The notes beneath the pieces were generated by a model. The model was not told where the DNA came from and ran no database searches. It saw nothing but the letters and a program-made list of their open reading frames with translations. 64,000 nucleotides of DNA from Polyangiales bacterium (GTDB lineage Bacteria > Myxococcota_A > Polyangia > Polyangiales > Ga0077539), in NCBI GenBank assembly GCA_044229975.1, contig JBGARZ010000014.1, forward strand, positions 158,865 to 222,864. Direction: 5' to 3'. Below, piece by piece: positions 9,291 to 19,223 of the stretch; within the stretch, counting starts at the first letter, position 1, and every line of letters starts with the position of its first letter. Both the position numbers and the translations under genes were made by a program.

Positions 9291-10124
9291 TCAGGTCGTC
9301 GGCTTGTCGTCGGCGACGGTGGCCTTCGCGCGCTTGCGGGCGACGTGGCGCGTGGGCAGCGCGGGGATGTGGTCGCGCAGCTTCGGGCCCCAGACCGCAC
9401 CGCCGGCGCGTTCGATCGGGTCGTAGCTGCGGACGAGCAGCGTGAAGAGGCGGTCGCGGAGGTTGGCGGCCTCACGCTGCGACTCCGTGCGCCGGCTGAC
9501 GGGCGCGGCGCCAGAGGGCTGGAGCCGCTCACGGAGCTGGGTGCCGAGCTCCAGGGCGCGCGCGAGGCGCTCCGGGGGCGTTCCGCCGTTGGTGTTCATG
9601 ATGGGGTGCGCGTTGTGGAGGATCGCGAGGTCCACGAGGTCCTTCGCGGCGTCGACCGGGCCGGTGCCCTTCGCGATGCGCTTCACCTCGTCGGCCGGGC
9701 ACTGGCCCGCCAGGACGTGGAAGCGAGCGTTGGAGAGCAGCAGCTTGCGGAGCTTGCGACCCTCGCGCAGCAGCGTGAGGAGCTCGCCGGTGATGCGCGG
9801 GTTGGCCGCGGTGCGGTCGGCGGTGTGGAGGACGGCGCGGCAGAGCGAGTCGAGCGTCGCGAGGCCCTCCCAATCGAGCTGGTAGCCCGTGGCCTCGACC
9901 GCCGCGCGGACCTTCACGATGGCGTCGCGGCCCCGCAGGGCGTTGTCCATGGCGAGGCGGGCGTCGACGCGGAAGGGGCGAACGTCGGCGGGGGACAGGG
10001 CGAGGGCGGCGGCGCGGTGCTGCGCGACGTCGGGGGAGTTCCCCCTGGCGTCGACGGTGGGGTCCGTGTCGATCACGGACGGGTTGCTGGTGGCGGACGA
10101 CTGGGATGATTGAACGTTTGCCAT
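9291..10124 (-). CDS. Uncharacterised helical protein (myxobacterial-type hypothetical)
   Basis: GGAGG RBS before ATG at 10124; 277 aa; RDRLFTLLVRSYD C-terminal motif. Confidence 0.8.
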   Translation of the reverse strand: MANVQSSQSSATSNPSVIDTDPTVDARGNSPDVAQHRAAALALSPADVRPFRVDARLAMDNALRGRDAIVKVRAAVEATGYQLDWEGLATLDSLCRAVLHTADRTAANPRITGELLTLLREGRKLRKLLLSNARFHVLAGQCPADEVKRIAKGTGPVDAAKDLVDLAILHNAHPIMNTNGGTPPERLARALELGTQLRERLQPSGAAPVSRRTESQREAANLRDRLFTLLVRSYDPIERAGGAVWGPKLRDHIPALPTRHVARKRAKATVADDKPTT

Positions 10125-10211
10125 GATGGCCTCCTGCCGACCTCTTCGCGGCGGGGCCTGGACGATGTTTCCGGGTCGGTGACGAATTCTGCATCGCGCA
10201 GAAACCACGCT

Positions 10212-10417
10212 GGTCTCGTCGGAAGGGTCGAGGCTTCGAACGAGACCGCGACGGTGACCGCGGGTAGGTCGTGAGCCTCGTGACGTGACTGTGTTGGTCT
10301 CATCGGAAGGGTCGAGGCTTCCAACGAGACCGCGACAGTGACCGCCGGGCCGCTCAGGTGGCCCAACCGGAGACTGCGCTGGTCTCGTCGGAAGGATCCG
10401 AGGCTTCGAACGAGACC
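10212..10417. repeat. Array of three palindromic 36-37 bp repeats with 48-49 bp partly variable spacers
   Basis: GGTCTCGTCGGAAGGGTCGAGGCTTCGAACGAGACC at 10212-10247, 10296-10331 and 10381-10417. Confidence 0.9.
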
Positions 10418-10424
10418 GACGGGG

Positions 10425-11993
10425 TCAGCGCCCCGCGCGCTCGGCCGCCAGGCGGGCGCGGTCGAGTGTCGGCGCGAGCCTCTCGTCGGCCAGCGTCGCC
10501 GCGATGGTCGCGGGCATTCGCCACGTCCAGTTGTGCGGGCCCACCGTCGAGGGCGTGTTGATGCGGTCGAGCGATCCGACGACGTCCTGCCAGAGCAACA
10601 GCACGAGGTCGCTCGCGGCGCCCATCAGCGTCGACAACAGCGTGGCGTGCACGGCGTCGCTCCACTCGGCGCCCGCTCCCTGCATCGTGGGCAGCCGCAG
10701 GAATGCGTCGCGCTCCCACGTCGGGAGCGAGCGCCACCACGAGGCGACCGAGTCGGTGTCGTGCGTCCCGAAGCACGCCACGCTGAGCGCGGGGTACGCG
10801 GCTGGATCGCGAAACTTCCCGTTGTCCTGCTCCCAGCGCAGCACCTTGTAGCCGGGGACGCCGAGGCGCTGGAGCGACGGGCGCACGAAGTCGGGGATGA
10901 CGCCGAGGTCCTCCGCGATGACGTGGGCGCCGTGGTGTCGCGCGCCCTCGATCATGGCCGTGAGCACCGCCTCGCCGTGGGCGAGCTGCTCGGGCTCCGT
11001 CGGCGGATCGAAGCCTCCCGGGAGAAGCTTGCCCTCGGCCGAGCGGAGCTGGTCGAGCTTGCGCGAGTACGTCCGGTAGAAGCCCACGAGGTGGTCGACG
11101 CGGAAGCGCTCGCCGAGCAGCCCCGCGTACCGCGCCCGCGCCCGCAGCCAGCGAAAGCCGTTGGTGCGCATCACGGGCCAGTTGTACGGCGGCAGGCCCC
11201 ACTCCTGGCCCTCGGGGTCGAACTGGTCGCCCGGCACGCCGACGCTCGCGTCATCGCGAAACTCGTCGCGCTTCGACCACACGTCCGCGCTGTCGCGACC
11301 CACCATGAAGGGCAGGTCGCCCATCAACGACACACCCTGCTCCGCGAGCCTCGCGCGCGCCTCGGACCACTGCGAGTGAGCGATCCACTGGGCGTACTGA
11401 TGGCGCTGAACGGCGTCGCGCAGGCGGGCGGCTTCGTGTTCGAGCTGGGTGGCGTCGCGGTCGCGCATGGCCGCGGGCCACTGCCACCAGGCGGCGCCGC
11501 CGTGGTGGTCCTTGAGGGCGCGAAACACCGAGAGGTCCCAGAGCCAGTCGCCGTGCTCGCGGACGAAGGCGGCGAAGGCGCGGCCGCGCTCGGTGTCGCG
11601 CCCGAGGTGCTGCCGACCGAACGACCCGTACGCCGCGTCGAGCAACCCACGCTTGAGCGAGCGAACGCCCTCGTAGTCGACGGTCGGGCTCGATCGCAGG
11701 CGCGCGATGTCGGCGGAACGCTCGTCGAGCGCGGAGGGCGGCAGGTCTTCGACGGAGGCCCAGCCGATGTACGCCGGGTCGATGCCGAAGGCGCTGAGCG
11801 CGCCGTAGGGGGACGTCTCGGCGCCGGACAGCTCGCCGATGGGGAGGAGCTGGATGAGCCGCAGGCCCGCCCGTCGGGCGAGGGCGCCGGCGTCGGCGAG
11901 GTCGGTGATCTCGCCGATGCCCAGCGAGCGGTCGGTGCGAAGGGAAAACAGCGGGATGGTGAGGCCGGCGAGGCGGGTGCGCGTGGGGTCCAT
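10425..11993 (-). CDS. malQ: 4-alpha-glucanotransferase (amylomaltase, GH77)
   Basis: IQLLP, SPY, GDLPF, QEWGLPPYNW, FRVDHLVGF, AEDLG, GTHD motifs. Confidence 0.93.
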   Translation of the reverse strand: MDPTRTRLAGLTIPLFSLRTDRSLGIGEITDLADAGALARRAGLRLIQLLPIGELSGAETSPYGALSAFGIDPAYIGWASVEDLPPSALDERSADIARLRSSPTVDYEGVRSLKRGLLDAAYGSFGRQHLGRDTERGRAFAAFVREHGDWLWDLSVFRALKDHHGGAAWWQWPAAMRDRDATQLEHEAARLRDAVQRHQYAQWIAHSQWSEARARLAEQGVSLMGDLPFMVGRDSADVWSKRDEFRDDASVGVPGDQFDPEGQEWGLPPYNWPVMRTNGFRWLRARARYAGLLGERFRVDHLVGFYRTYSRKLDQLRSAEGKLLPGGFDPPTEPEQLAHGEAVLTAMIEGARHHGAHVIAEDLGVIPDFVRPSLQRLGVPGYKVLRWEQDNGKFRDPAAYPALSVACFGTHDTDSVASWWRSLPTWERDAFLRLPTMQGAGAEWSDAVHATLLSTLMGAASDLVLLLWQDVVGSLDRINTPSTVGPHNWTWRMPATIAATLADERLAPTLDRARLAAERAGR

Positions 11994-12042
11994 GTGCGGG
12001 TTCGTCGGACTCTACCGCGGCGTCGCGGTAGGGTGACTCGCG

Positions 12043-12789
12043 ATGAGCGGAGCGACGGTGCTGAGGGCGGAGCTGCTGACGCGGGCAGGGGTTCGACACG
12101 GGTTCAGCACGCGCGAAGGAGGCGTGAGCGATGGGGCGTTTGCGGCGATGAACCTCGCGCGAAACGTGGGCGACGATCCGGAGGCCGTCGCGGAGAACCA
12201 CCGACGCTTCGCCGAGGCGGTTGGGTACGCGCCCACGCGGCTCTTCGAGAGCTCCCAGGTACATGGCGCGCGGGTGCTGCGGGTGGACGGTGCGGAGGTC
12301 GCCGCGACGCGCGTCGAGGAGGCCGATGGGCTGATCTGCACGACGCCGGGTGACGCGGTGGCGGTGCGAGTGGCGGACTGCGTTCCGGTGCTGCTCGCGG
12401 CGCCGGGGCGGGGCGTGGTGGCGGCCGTCCACGCGGGCTGGCGCGGTGTCGCGAAGGGCATCGTGGAGGTGGCGATCGCGGAGATGGGCGCAGACGCTGG
12501 TGAGGTGATCGCGGCGGTGGGGCCGTGCATCGGCGGGTGCTGCTTCGAGGTGGGCGACGAGGTGGCGGCGGAGATCGCGGCGGCGTCGGTGGACTCGGTG
12601 GTGGTTCGAAGCGCGGGGGCGAAGCCGAAGGTCGACCTGCGGGCGGCGGTGGCGTGGCAGCTACGGCGCGCGGGGGTCGGGGCGGTAGAGCAGGTCGGGG
12701 GCTGCACGATGTGCGAGGCCGCGCGGTTTCACTCGTTTCGGCGCGACGGCAAGGCCAGCGGGCGGTTGCTCGGGGCGATCGTGGCGTAG
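12043..12789 (+). CDS. pgeF: Peptidoglycan editing factor PgeF / YfiH-family purine nucleoside phosphorylase
   Basis: HGFSTREGGVS, QVHG, ADCVPVLL, HAGWRG, GPCIGGCCFEVG, FHSFRR. Confidence 0.93.
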   Translation: MSGATVLRAELLTRAGVRHGFSTREGGVSDGAFAAMNLARNVGDDPEAVAENHRRFAEAVGYAPTRLFESSQVHGARVLRVDGAEVAATRVEEADGLICTTPGDAVAVRVADCVPVLLAAPGRGVVAAVHAGWRGVAKGIVEVAIAEMGADAGEVIAAVGPCIGGCCFEVGDEVAAEIAAASVDSVVVRSAGAKPKVDLRAAVAWQLRRAGVGAVEQVGGCTMCEAARFHSFRRDGKASGRLLGAIVA

Positions 12790-12920
12790 CGGAGATCGTC
12801 GGGCGGGGGACGTGCGTTCAAAGGGACTGAAAGAACGGGCGTCGAAGGCCGTACTGACGATGATCTTGTTCGGGTGAGGCGCGGATGGTACCCCAAGCCA
12901 CGAGTCCAGGTTCGAACCCT

Positions 12921-15113
12921 ATGCGCACTTGCCCCGTCTGCGGTCGGCAGTACGAGCCCCCTGCGCAGTTCTGCCAGGTGGACGGCGTCGCTCTGCGCAT
13001 CGACGCCCCGTCGGTCGACCCGTACCTCGGGACCAAGATCCTGGAGCAGTTTCGCCTCGACCGCATCATCGGCGCGGGCGGCATGGGCATCGTCTACGAA
13101 GGCTGGAACGAAGCCCTGAGCCGCCGCGTCGCGGTGAAGATCCTCCACCGCGACCTGGTCACCAACAAGGACATCGTCACGCGCTTCCACCGCGAGGCGC
13201 AGATCGCCTCGCAGCTCGACCACCCGGGCATCGTGCGGGTGATCCTCTTCGGGCAGCTCGCCGACGGAAACCTCTACCTCGTGCTGGAGTTTCTCGAAGG
13301 CCCGACGCTCGCCGAGGCGCTGGAGAAGGACGGCTCGTTTAGCCTCGACCGCGCCGTTCGCACCATGGGGCAGGTCGCCGACGCCATCGGGTATGCCCAC
13401 CAGAAGGGGATCATCCATCGCGACCTCAAGCCGGAAAACGTCGTGCTGACGACGCGCGAGGGCGAGGAGATCCCGAAGGTCCTCGACTTCGGCATCGCGA
13501 AGTTTCTGGTGGGCGCGGCGTCGTTCGTCACGCAGTCGGGGCTCATCTTCGGGACGGCGCGGTACATCTCGCCGGAGGGTGCTGCGGGCGAGAAGGTCGA
13601 CCAGCGCTCGGATGTCTATTCGCTCGGCATCATGACCTACGAACTGCTCGCGGGGAGGGCGCCCTTCGAGGCCGACGAGCCGGTGCAGCTCCTCGTGAAG
13701 CACATGCACGAAGTGCCCGCGCCGCTGCGGAAGTGGGGGCCGTCGACGGGCGTTCCGCAGGTGGTCGAAGACGTGGTGATGCGCGCGCTCGCCAAGAACG
13801 CCGACGCCCGCCAGGAGAACGCCACCGTCTTCGCCCGCGCGCTCCGCGAAGCCTTTGCGGAGTGGCAGGGCACGCCGATTCGCAGCGTGGTTCCGACCGC
13901 GGCGATGTCGCTCAACGTCACGCGCGACTCGCTGCCGATGCGTGCGCCCGACACGCTCGCGCCCGCGGAACACGTAGCGACCGTCGCCCCGGAGGCGACC
14001 GTGTCCGACCCCGCGCCGGTGGTTCACCCGACGCCCGTGGTCAACGGCTCGATGCGCGCGGGGACCAACGGCGCGATGGTTCCGGCGCACTCGACGCAAC
14101 TGCCGCCGCGGGAGGAGTTTCCGGCCGTCGATCCTCGGGCGGTGACGCCCACGGTGGCCCCGGTGACGGCTGCGCCGGTGCTCTCGACGCCCGCCACGGT
14201 GGCGATGCCCGAGCTCGTCGCGGGGCAGGTGATTCCCGTCGACGACGACATCCGCGTGTCGGGGCTGCCCACGCGTCGACCGAGCCCGCCGCCGCCGATG
14301 GACGAGTACGAGCCGCTGCCTCGTCGACGGAGCGCGTGGCGCTCATTGGGGGTGGTCCTGCTCGCGGCGTCGCTTGCGGCCGGCATGGTGGGCGGCGGCG
14401 CGTGGGCGATGCGGGTGTTTCCCTCGCAGCGACGGGCGGACGACGTCGCGCGGCTCTTGCGGCAGGCCAACGATGCGATGGTCGCCGACCGGCTCTCGCA
14501 TACGAGCAACGGATACAGCGTCGAGGACTACACCAATCAGGTGCTCGCCATCGAGCCGGGCAACGCGCGGGCGCGACAGCTCCGTCGATCGGCGGCCGTG
14601 CGGCTCAGCAACGCGGCGACCCAGGCCCGCAACGACCACCACCCCGAGCTCGCGATTCCGCTGCTGGAGTCGGCGTTGCGCTTGATGGACGACGCCGCGC
14701 TGCGCCAGGAGCTCGTCGCGACCCGGCAGGAAGTGGAGCAGATGCGCGCCCCGGCGCCGACGCCCGCTCGCCCGCGCCCGACGCCCCGCGCTCCGACGCC
14801 AGCGCCCGCGCGCCCGGCGGCGCCCGCGACGGTCGCTCCGACGACGGCGCCCGCTCCGGCGGCGCGGCCGACGGCGGCAGCGTCCCGGCGACGAGCGGCC
14901 AACACTCCGCCGCCCGCTGCTCCGGCCGAGCCCGGGGTGACGTTTACGCCTGGGAGAAGCGCCGATGCGGCGACGGAAAACACCCAGCAGGTGGTGATTC
15001 CGACGCCGTTGGGTCCGTTGCCGGTGACCTTCCCGCGGCTACCGGTCGAGCCCGAGCCTGAGCCCCCGCCGAGCGAGACGTCCAGCAACACAGCCCACAC
15101 CGGCGAGTTCTGA
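12921..15113 (+). CDS. Transmembrane Hanks-type Ser/Thr protein kinase
   Basis: N-terminal CPVC..CQVD zinc-ribbon-like motif; GAGGMG, VAVK, HRDLKPEN, DFG; TM segment then Pro-rich tail. Confidence 0.93.
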   Translation: MRTCPVCGRQYEPPAQFCQVDGVALRIDAPSVDPYLGTKILEQFRLDRIIGAGGMGIVYEGWNEALSRRVAVKILHRDLVTNKDIVTRFHREAQIASQLDHPGIVRVILFGQLADGNLYLVLEFLEGPTLAEALEKDGSFSLDRAVRTMGQVADAIGYAHQKGIIHRDLKPENVVLTTREGEEIPKVLDFGIAKFLVGAASFVTQSGLIFGTARYISPEGAAGEKVDQRSDVYSLGIMTYELLAGRAPFEADEPVQLLVKHMHEVPAPLRKWGPSTGVPQVVEDVVMRALAKNADARQENATVFARALREAFAEWQGTPIRSVVPTAAMSLNVTRDSLPMRAPDTLAPAEHVATVAPEATVSDPAPVVHPTPVVNGSMRAGTNGAMVPAHSTQLPPREEFPAVDPRAVTPTVAPVTAAPVLSTPATVAMPELVAGQVIPVDDDIRVSGLPTRRPSPPPPMDEYEPLPRRRSAWRSLGVVLLAASLAAGMVGGGAWAMRVFPSQRRADDVARLLRQANDAMVADRLSHTSNGYSVEDYTNQVLAIEPGNARARQLRRSAAVRLSNAATQARNDHHPELAIPLLESALRLMDDAALRQELVATRQEVEQMRAPAPTPARPRPTPRAPTPAPARPAAPATVAPTTAPAPAARPTAAASRRRAANTPPPAAPAEPGVTFTPGRSADAATENTQQVVIPTPLGPLPVTFPRLPVEPEPEPPPSETSSNTAHTGEF

Positions 15114-15196
15114 AGCCGGGCCAGCGCGCGCTGGTACGGCGCTCGCAAAGGTGTTCTCCGTCGCGGCGTCATCGCCGCCAACCAAGGAGAACCACC

Positions 15197-15457
15197 ATGA
15201 GCTTTCTGCTGTTTGCTGTCTTCGGTCTGGTGATCGGTGCGCTCGCCAAGCTCATCATGCCGGGGCGTGACCCGGGGGGCTTCATCATCACCGCCATCAT
15301 CGGCATGGTCGGCTCGATGCTCGGCGCCTTCCTCGGCCGCGCGGCGGGTCTCTACGGCCCCAACACGCAGTCCGCCGGCTGGATCATGTCGATCATCGGC
15401 GCGATGGTGCTGCTCGGCATCTACCGCCTGATCGTCGGGGGCCGCGCCGCGGCGTAG
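15197..15457 (+). CDS. GlsB/YeaQ/YmgE-family (transglycosylase-associated) membrane protein
   Basis: GLVIGALAKLIMPGRDPGG pattern; AAGGAG RBS. Confidence 0.9.
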   Translation: MSFLLFAVFGLVIGALAKLIMPGRDPGGFIITAIIGMVGSMLGAFLGRAAGLYGPNTQSAGWIMSIIGAMVLLGIYRLIVGGRAAA

Positions 15458-15655
15458 CGACTGCGACAGCGACCATCGCCTGGACGGGCGCGGCAGAGCG
15501 AGATGCTCCGCTGGCGCCCGTCGTCGCATTTGAGGGCGACGGTCCCACGGGTGGCACGACGCCTGTGCGCCCGCGCACAGCGTGGCGAAGTCGCTGGTCT
15601 CCCGACCGGGAGATTTCCGAGAACCCCGCCAAGGAACGGGCGTCACACCGTGTCG

Positions 15656-16981
15656 ATGCTCCCCCTCCGGCGACCGCTCCTCGGGCTCCTCGGCTGCCTC
15701 ATTCTCCACTCCCTCCCGGTCGGCGCGCAGAACGCACCTGCGGTCGAGCGCGACGGCGACGACGACCCCGAAGACACGGGCACCGGGCAGCTCCCGACCG
15801 CGGGACGCCTCGAACGGGTCGGCCGCGGCCCATCCGCCCTGCGGCGCATCTGCGACCTCACGCCCTTCCGCGGCGCGCTCTACTCCGCCCACGCGGTGTC
15901 ATCGCTCGGCTCCGATGGCGCGACCATCCTCCGCTACGACCCCGCCGACACACTGCATCCCTTCCGCCTCGCCTTCGACTGGAACCGCCCCGGCCGACCC
16001 ACCGCTGGCGGCGCCGGTGGACAGGGGTTTCTGCGCGTCCACTCCATCGGGTCGCGGCTCTTCGTCGCCGACGCCGACCCTCCGTATGGGGGCTTCGGGC
16101 TCGTCGATCACGGCACCGAGGGGTACGTCTTCCTCTCCGACCACGACGGCAACTTCGCCCCGGCGCGCGGTGAGCGCCTGCTGCCTCCCGCGGCACCCGA
16201 CGCCGCGGGCAGACCCGGCGCAGCGGTGCTCCCGCGGGCCTACCACGTCATCGACGTCATTCGATATCGCGGGATGACGCTGGCCTCGACGGGGTCGGTT
16301 CCGCCGCGTGAGCGCGCGTGGTACGGGGCGTCGCCGGGAGCGCTGCACATCGCCGACGAGACGCTGCGCCGCTGGACGTACGCCATCGACTACCCCCATC
16401 CCTGGCAGAACGGCGTCTGGCGCATCGGCTTCATGGTGCGCTTCCGCGGGCGTCTCTTCGGAGGGTTGCAGGACTACAATGGTCGGGAGCCCAACGACAT
16501 GGTGGTGATCGACGCCCCGCCCGGCGCCACGTCGCTCACCCAGTCGATGCTGCGCGGCGTGCGCGTGACCCCGATGGGCGCCTCACTGACCATGCGATGG
16601 TACGTCGATGGAACGACCCTCTACTGGATCGCCTGGCAGCGGCGGGGAGGCGTTCATTTGTACCGGACGACGGACGGGGATCACTGGTCGGAGGTGGCGC
16701 TACCCGCGGGGTCGGGCGCGCCGACGGACATCACGCGCTGGCGCGACGGCCTGGTGCTGCTGACGACGCAGGGGGTGTGGCGCCTGGACGGCGATGCGCT
16801 GCGGCTCATCGCCCCGGTGACGCGGCCGATGGTCGACCGCCGGCGGGGTGGGCCCTTCGACCTGGGCGACGGGTTCTGCGCGGCGCCGCTCGCGGTGCTC
16901 AACAACACCCTGTACGCGGGCTCGCAGCGGGACGGCGCGCTGTGGCGGGTGGTCGAGGAGCCTCAGCCCGGCAGCCAGTGA
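15656..16981 (+). CDS. Secreted hypothetical protein, probable beta-propeller
   Basis: Signal peptide (LLGLLGCLILHSLPVGAQ); repeated FRGxLY/LF blade-like motifs; start codon uncertain. Confidence 0.7.
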   Translation: MLPLRRPLLGLLGCLILHSLPVGAQNAPAVERDGDDDPEDTGTGQLPTAGRLERVGRGPSALRRICDLTPFRGALYSAHAVSSLGSDGATILRYDPADTLHPFRLAFDWNRPGRPTAGGAGGQGFLRVHSIGSRLFVADADPPYGGFGLVDHGTEGYVFLSDHDGNFAPARGERLLPPAAPDAAGRPGAAVLPRAYHVIDVIRYRGMTLASTGSVPPRERAWYGASPGALHIADETLRRWTYAIDYPHPWQNGVWRIGFMVRFRGRLFGGLQDYNGREPNDMVVIDAPPGATSLTQSMLRGVRVTPMGASLTMRWYVDGTTLYWIAWQRRGGVHLYRTTDGDHWSEVALPAGSGAPTDITRWRDGLVLLTTQGVWRLDGDALRLIAPVTRPMVDRRRGGPFDLGDGFCAAPLAVLNNTLYAGSQRDGALWRVVEEPQPGSQ

Positions 16982-17733
16982 GCTTCGAGCCAGTCGAGGG
17001 ACACGGGTGCCTCGCGTAGCGCGCGGTCGACGGCGCGCACCTTCTCGTCGGGAGCGAGCGCGCTCGCGGCGTACGCACGGGCGTAGAGAATCCAGTTGGA
17101 CAGCTCGTAGTGGTGAAGCAGCGCGATGAAGCGGTGGCTGCTGAAGCGTTCGAGGGCGGCGGTGGCCTCGTCGACGGTGGATGCGTGGACGAGCGACGAC
17201 GCGACGTCGAAGAGCAGGGCGCGGAGGTCTTCGAAGGCGCGCTCGGGGTCGTCGGCGACGGCGGTGAGCAGCTCCTCGAAGTCCTCGTCGGACATCCCGG
17301 CGCGGCTGGCGGCCTCGGCCATGGCGGGAACCTGCGTTTCGAGGAAGTCGCAGGGCGGGCGACCGAGCGTGCGGCCCACGAGGTAGAGGTCGAAGGCGCT
17401 CGCGATGGACTCACCCAGGAAGAGCGCGTCGGCGCTCATGCCGTTGGCACCGAGGGCCTTGCGAGCGGCGTGGTGCCACGCGACGTGACAGACGACGTCC
17501 GCGTCGAGCGTGTCGTCGACGAGGACGTCGCTGGGGTTGGAGGCGTTCCAGAAGGTGAGGTTGAGGAAGAGGGCGCGGTCCCACGAGGCGTGGGGGGAGC
17601 CCGGCGCCGGGACGCGGAAGCGGAGCCCGTCGGCGCGCACCATCTGCTTGAGCGTGTCGTAGAGGCCGATGTGGCGGAGGGCGGGCTCGTCGCGGAGCGT
17701 GAGGTCATCGAGGGTGAGGGTGCGCAGTGCCAT
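16963..17733 (-). CDS. Conserved hypothetical protein with HxxxH...ExxA zincin-like motif
   Basis: CHVAWHHAA...GESIASAFD; strong codon bias. Confidence 0.75.
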   Translation of the reverse strand: MALRTLTLDDLTLRDEPALRHIGLYDTLKQMVRADGLRFRVPAPGSPHASWDRALFLNLTFWNASNPSDVLVDDTLDADVVCHVAWHHAARKALGANGMSADALFLGESIASAFDLYLVGRTLGRPPCDFLETQVPAMAEAASRAGMSDEDFEELLTAVADDPERAFEDLRALLFDVASSLVHASTVDEATAALERFSSHRFIALLHHYELSNWILYARAYAASALAPDEKVRAVDRALREAPVSLDWLEAHWLPG

Positions 17734-17760
17734 GGCGCGCACCCTATCACCGCAACGGTG

Positions 17761-18531
17761 TCACTCCTGCGAGGGGGCGTCGGGGCCGTCGGGCGGCGGC
17801 GGCGCGTCGGGGCCCGGGCCGTGCTGTGCCATGTGCGTGCGGAGCTCGTCGACGCTCAGCGCGCCGTCGTGGTTGACGTCGCCCACGGCGATGCGCTGGG
17901 CGAAGCGCGGGGGCAGCTCGGCGAGTTCGACGGTGCCGTTGTGGTTGGCGTCGAAGTGCTCGACGAAGCGCGCCGGGTCGGGCGGGCCGTGCGGGCGGCG
18001 ACCGTGGGGGCCGTGACCCGGCGGGCGCAGCGCACCGCTCGCGTGGGCCTGCTCCAGCTCCGCGCGGGTGATGCGGCCGTCGTGGTCGGCGTCGGCGACC
18101 TGCATGTGGGCCCAGCGCTCGGCCGGAACCTCCGCGGCCGTCACCGCGCCGTCGTTGTCAGCGTCGATGCGGGCGAAGCGCTGGGCGCGCTGTGTGTCGA
18201 CGTGGGCCGTGAGCTCGGCGACGGAGAGCACGCCGTCGTGGTCGGCGTCGGCCGTCGCGAGGCGCTCGCGGGCGTGCTCGGGGAGCTCGGTCACCTCGAC
18301 GCGGCCGTCCTGGTTGCGGTCGAAGAACTGCGCCATGCGCGCCGGGTCGGGCGGGCCGCGGTGGCGGCCGGGGCCATGGCCGTGGTCGTCGGCGAGGCCG
18401 GGGGCGTTGGGCGATGCGACGAGCTGGGCGCTCGCGGCGGTGCCGGTGCCGTCGGTGGCGCCGCAGCCGGTGGCGAGGAGGGCGGCGAGGGACGAACCGA
18501 GGATCCAACGGGTCGAAGAGAGAAGCGTCAT
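17761..18531 (-). CDS. EF-hand repeat lipoprotein, His/Pro/Gly-rich
   Basis: Lipobox ATGC; six DxDxDG/DxNxDG-type loops; GAAGGAGG RBS. Confidence 0.88.
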   Translation of the reverse strand: MTLLSSTRWILGSSLAALLATGCGATDGTGTAASAQLVASPNAPGLADDHGHGPGRHRGPPDPARMAQFFDRNQDGRVEVTELPEHARERLATADADHDGVLSVAELTAHVDTQRAQRFARIDADNDGAVTAAEVPAERWAHMQVADADHDGRITRAELEQAHASGALRPPGHGPHGRRPHGPPDPARFVEHFDANHNGTVELAELPPRFAQRIAVGDVNHDGALSVDELRTHMAQHGPGPDAPPPPDGPDAPSQE

Positions 18532-18680
18532 GAAGGCCTCCTTCAAGGCGATCGGGTTCGAGGGGCTTCGACGACCGGGGCGTGAAGGTCCCTACGGTAC
18601 CGGAGAATTTTCTTGTCGGCGCAGACCGACCGTAGGAGGCGTGGCGGTCGAGGCGTCTGGTACAACAGCGTGAACGGTCG

Positions 18681-19223
18681 TTGCGAGGCAGTGGATTGGA
18701 CGAGCTCGATGAGGCAGTGCGCCGCGTGGTGCGCGGAGACGCCGAAGCCTTCCGCAAGATCGTGGACGCGACGAGCGACGGGCTCGTCCGGCTGGGTGCG
18801 CGAATCGTCGGGTCGTTGAGCGAAGCGGAGGACGTGGTGCAGGACGCGTATGTGAAGGCCTACCAGGCGTTGACGAGCGGTCGCTTCGAGCAGCGATCGA
18901 GCGTGCATACGTGGCTGCGGCACATCGTGACCAACACTGCGATCGACGCGCTGCGGAGCCGGTCGCGGAGGCCCGTCCCGAGCGAGACCATCGCCGAGTC
19001 GGGGTGGGACGGCGAGGCCGGGGCGCAGGCCGCGGTGGCGCTCGCCGAGCTCAACGACCTGCTTGGGGGATTGCCTCCCGACCAGCGGGCGGCGGTGGTG
19101 CTCCAGAGCGTCGAAGGGCACGCGGTGTCGGAGATCGCGGTCATCCTCGGGTGCTCCGAGGGGGCCGTGGAGCAGCGTCTGGTGCGCGCGCGGGCCACGC
19201 TGCGAGAGAGGAGCGGATCATGA
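18681..19223 (+). CDS. ECF RNA polymerase sigma factor
   Basis: AEDVVQDAY, TWLRHIVTN (region 2); LPPDQRAAVVL...SEIAVILG..EGAV..RLVRAR (region 4); start may be TTG 18696. Confidence 0.92.
   Translation: MRGSGLDELDEAVRRVVRGDAEAFRKIVDATSDGLVRLGARIVGSLSEAEDVVQDAYVKAYQALTSGRFEQRSSVHTWLRHIVTNTAIDALRSRSRRPVPSETIAESGWDGEAGAQAAVALAELNDLLGGLPPDQRAAVVLQSVEGHAVSEIAVILGCSEGAVEQRLVRARATLRERSGS

Noticed and set aside
10212..10417. Bona fide CRISPR array
   Set aside because: Only three degenerate repeats, spacers share ends with each other, no AT-rich leader and no cas genes; kept as a repeat array.
12895..12920. tRNA-like T-loop GGTTCGAACCC
   Set aside because: No 5-bp T-stem, acceptor stem or anticodon arm; it lies just before the kinase start.
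15461..15530. Structured ncRNA after the GlsB-family gene
   Set aside because: A GC-rich hairpin (GACGGGCG...CGCCCGTC) is expected by chance or as a terminator; no family features.
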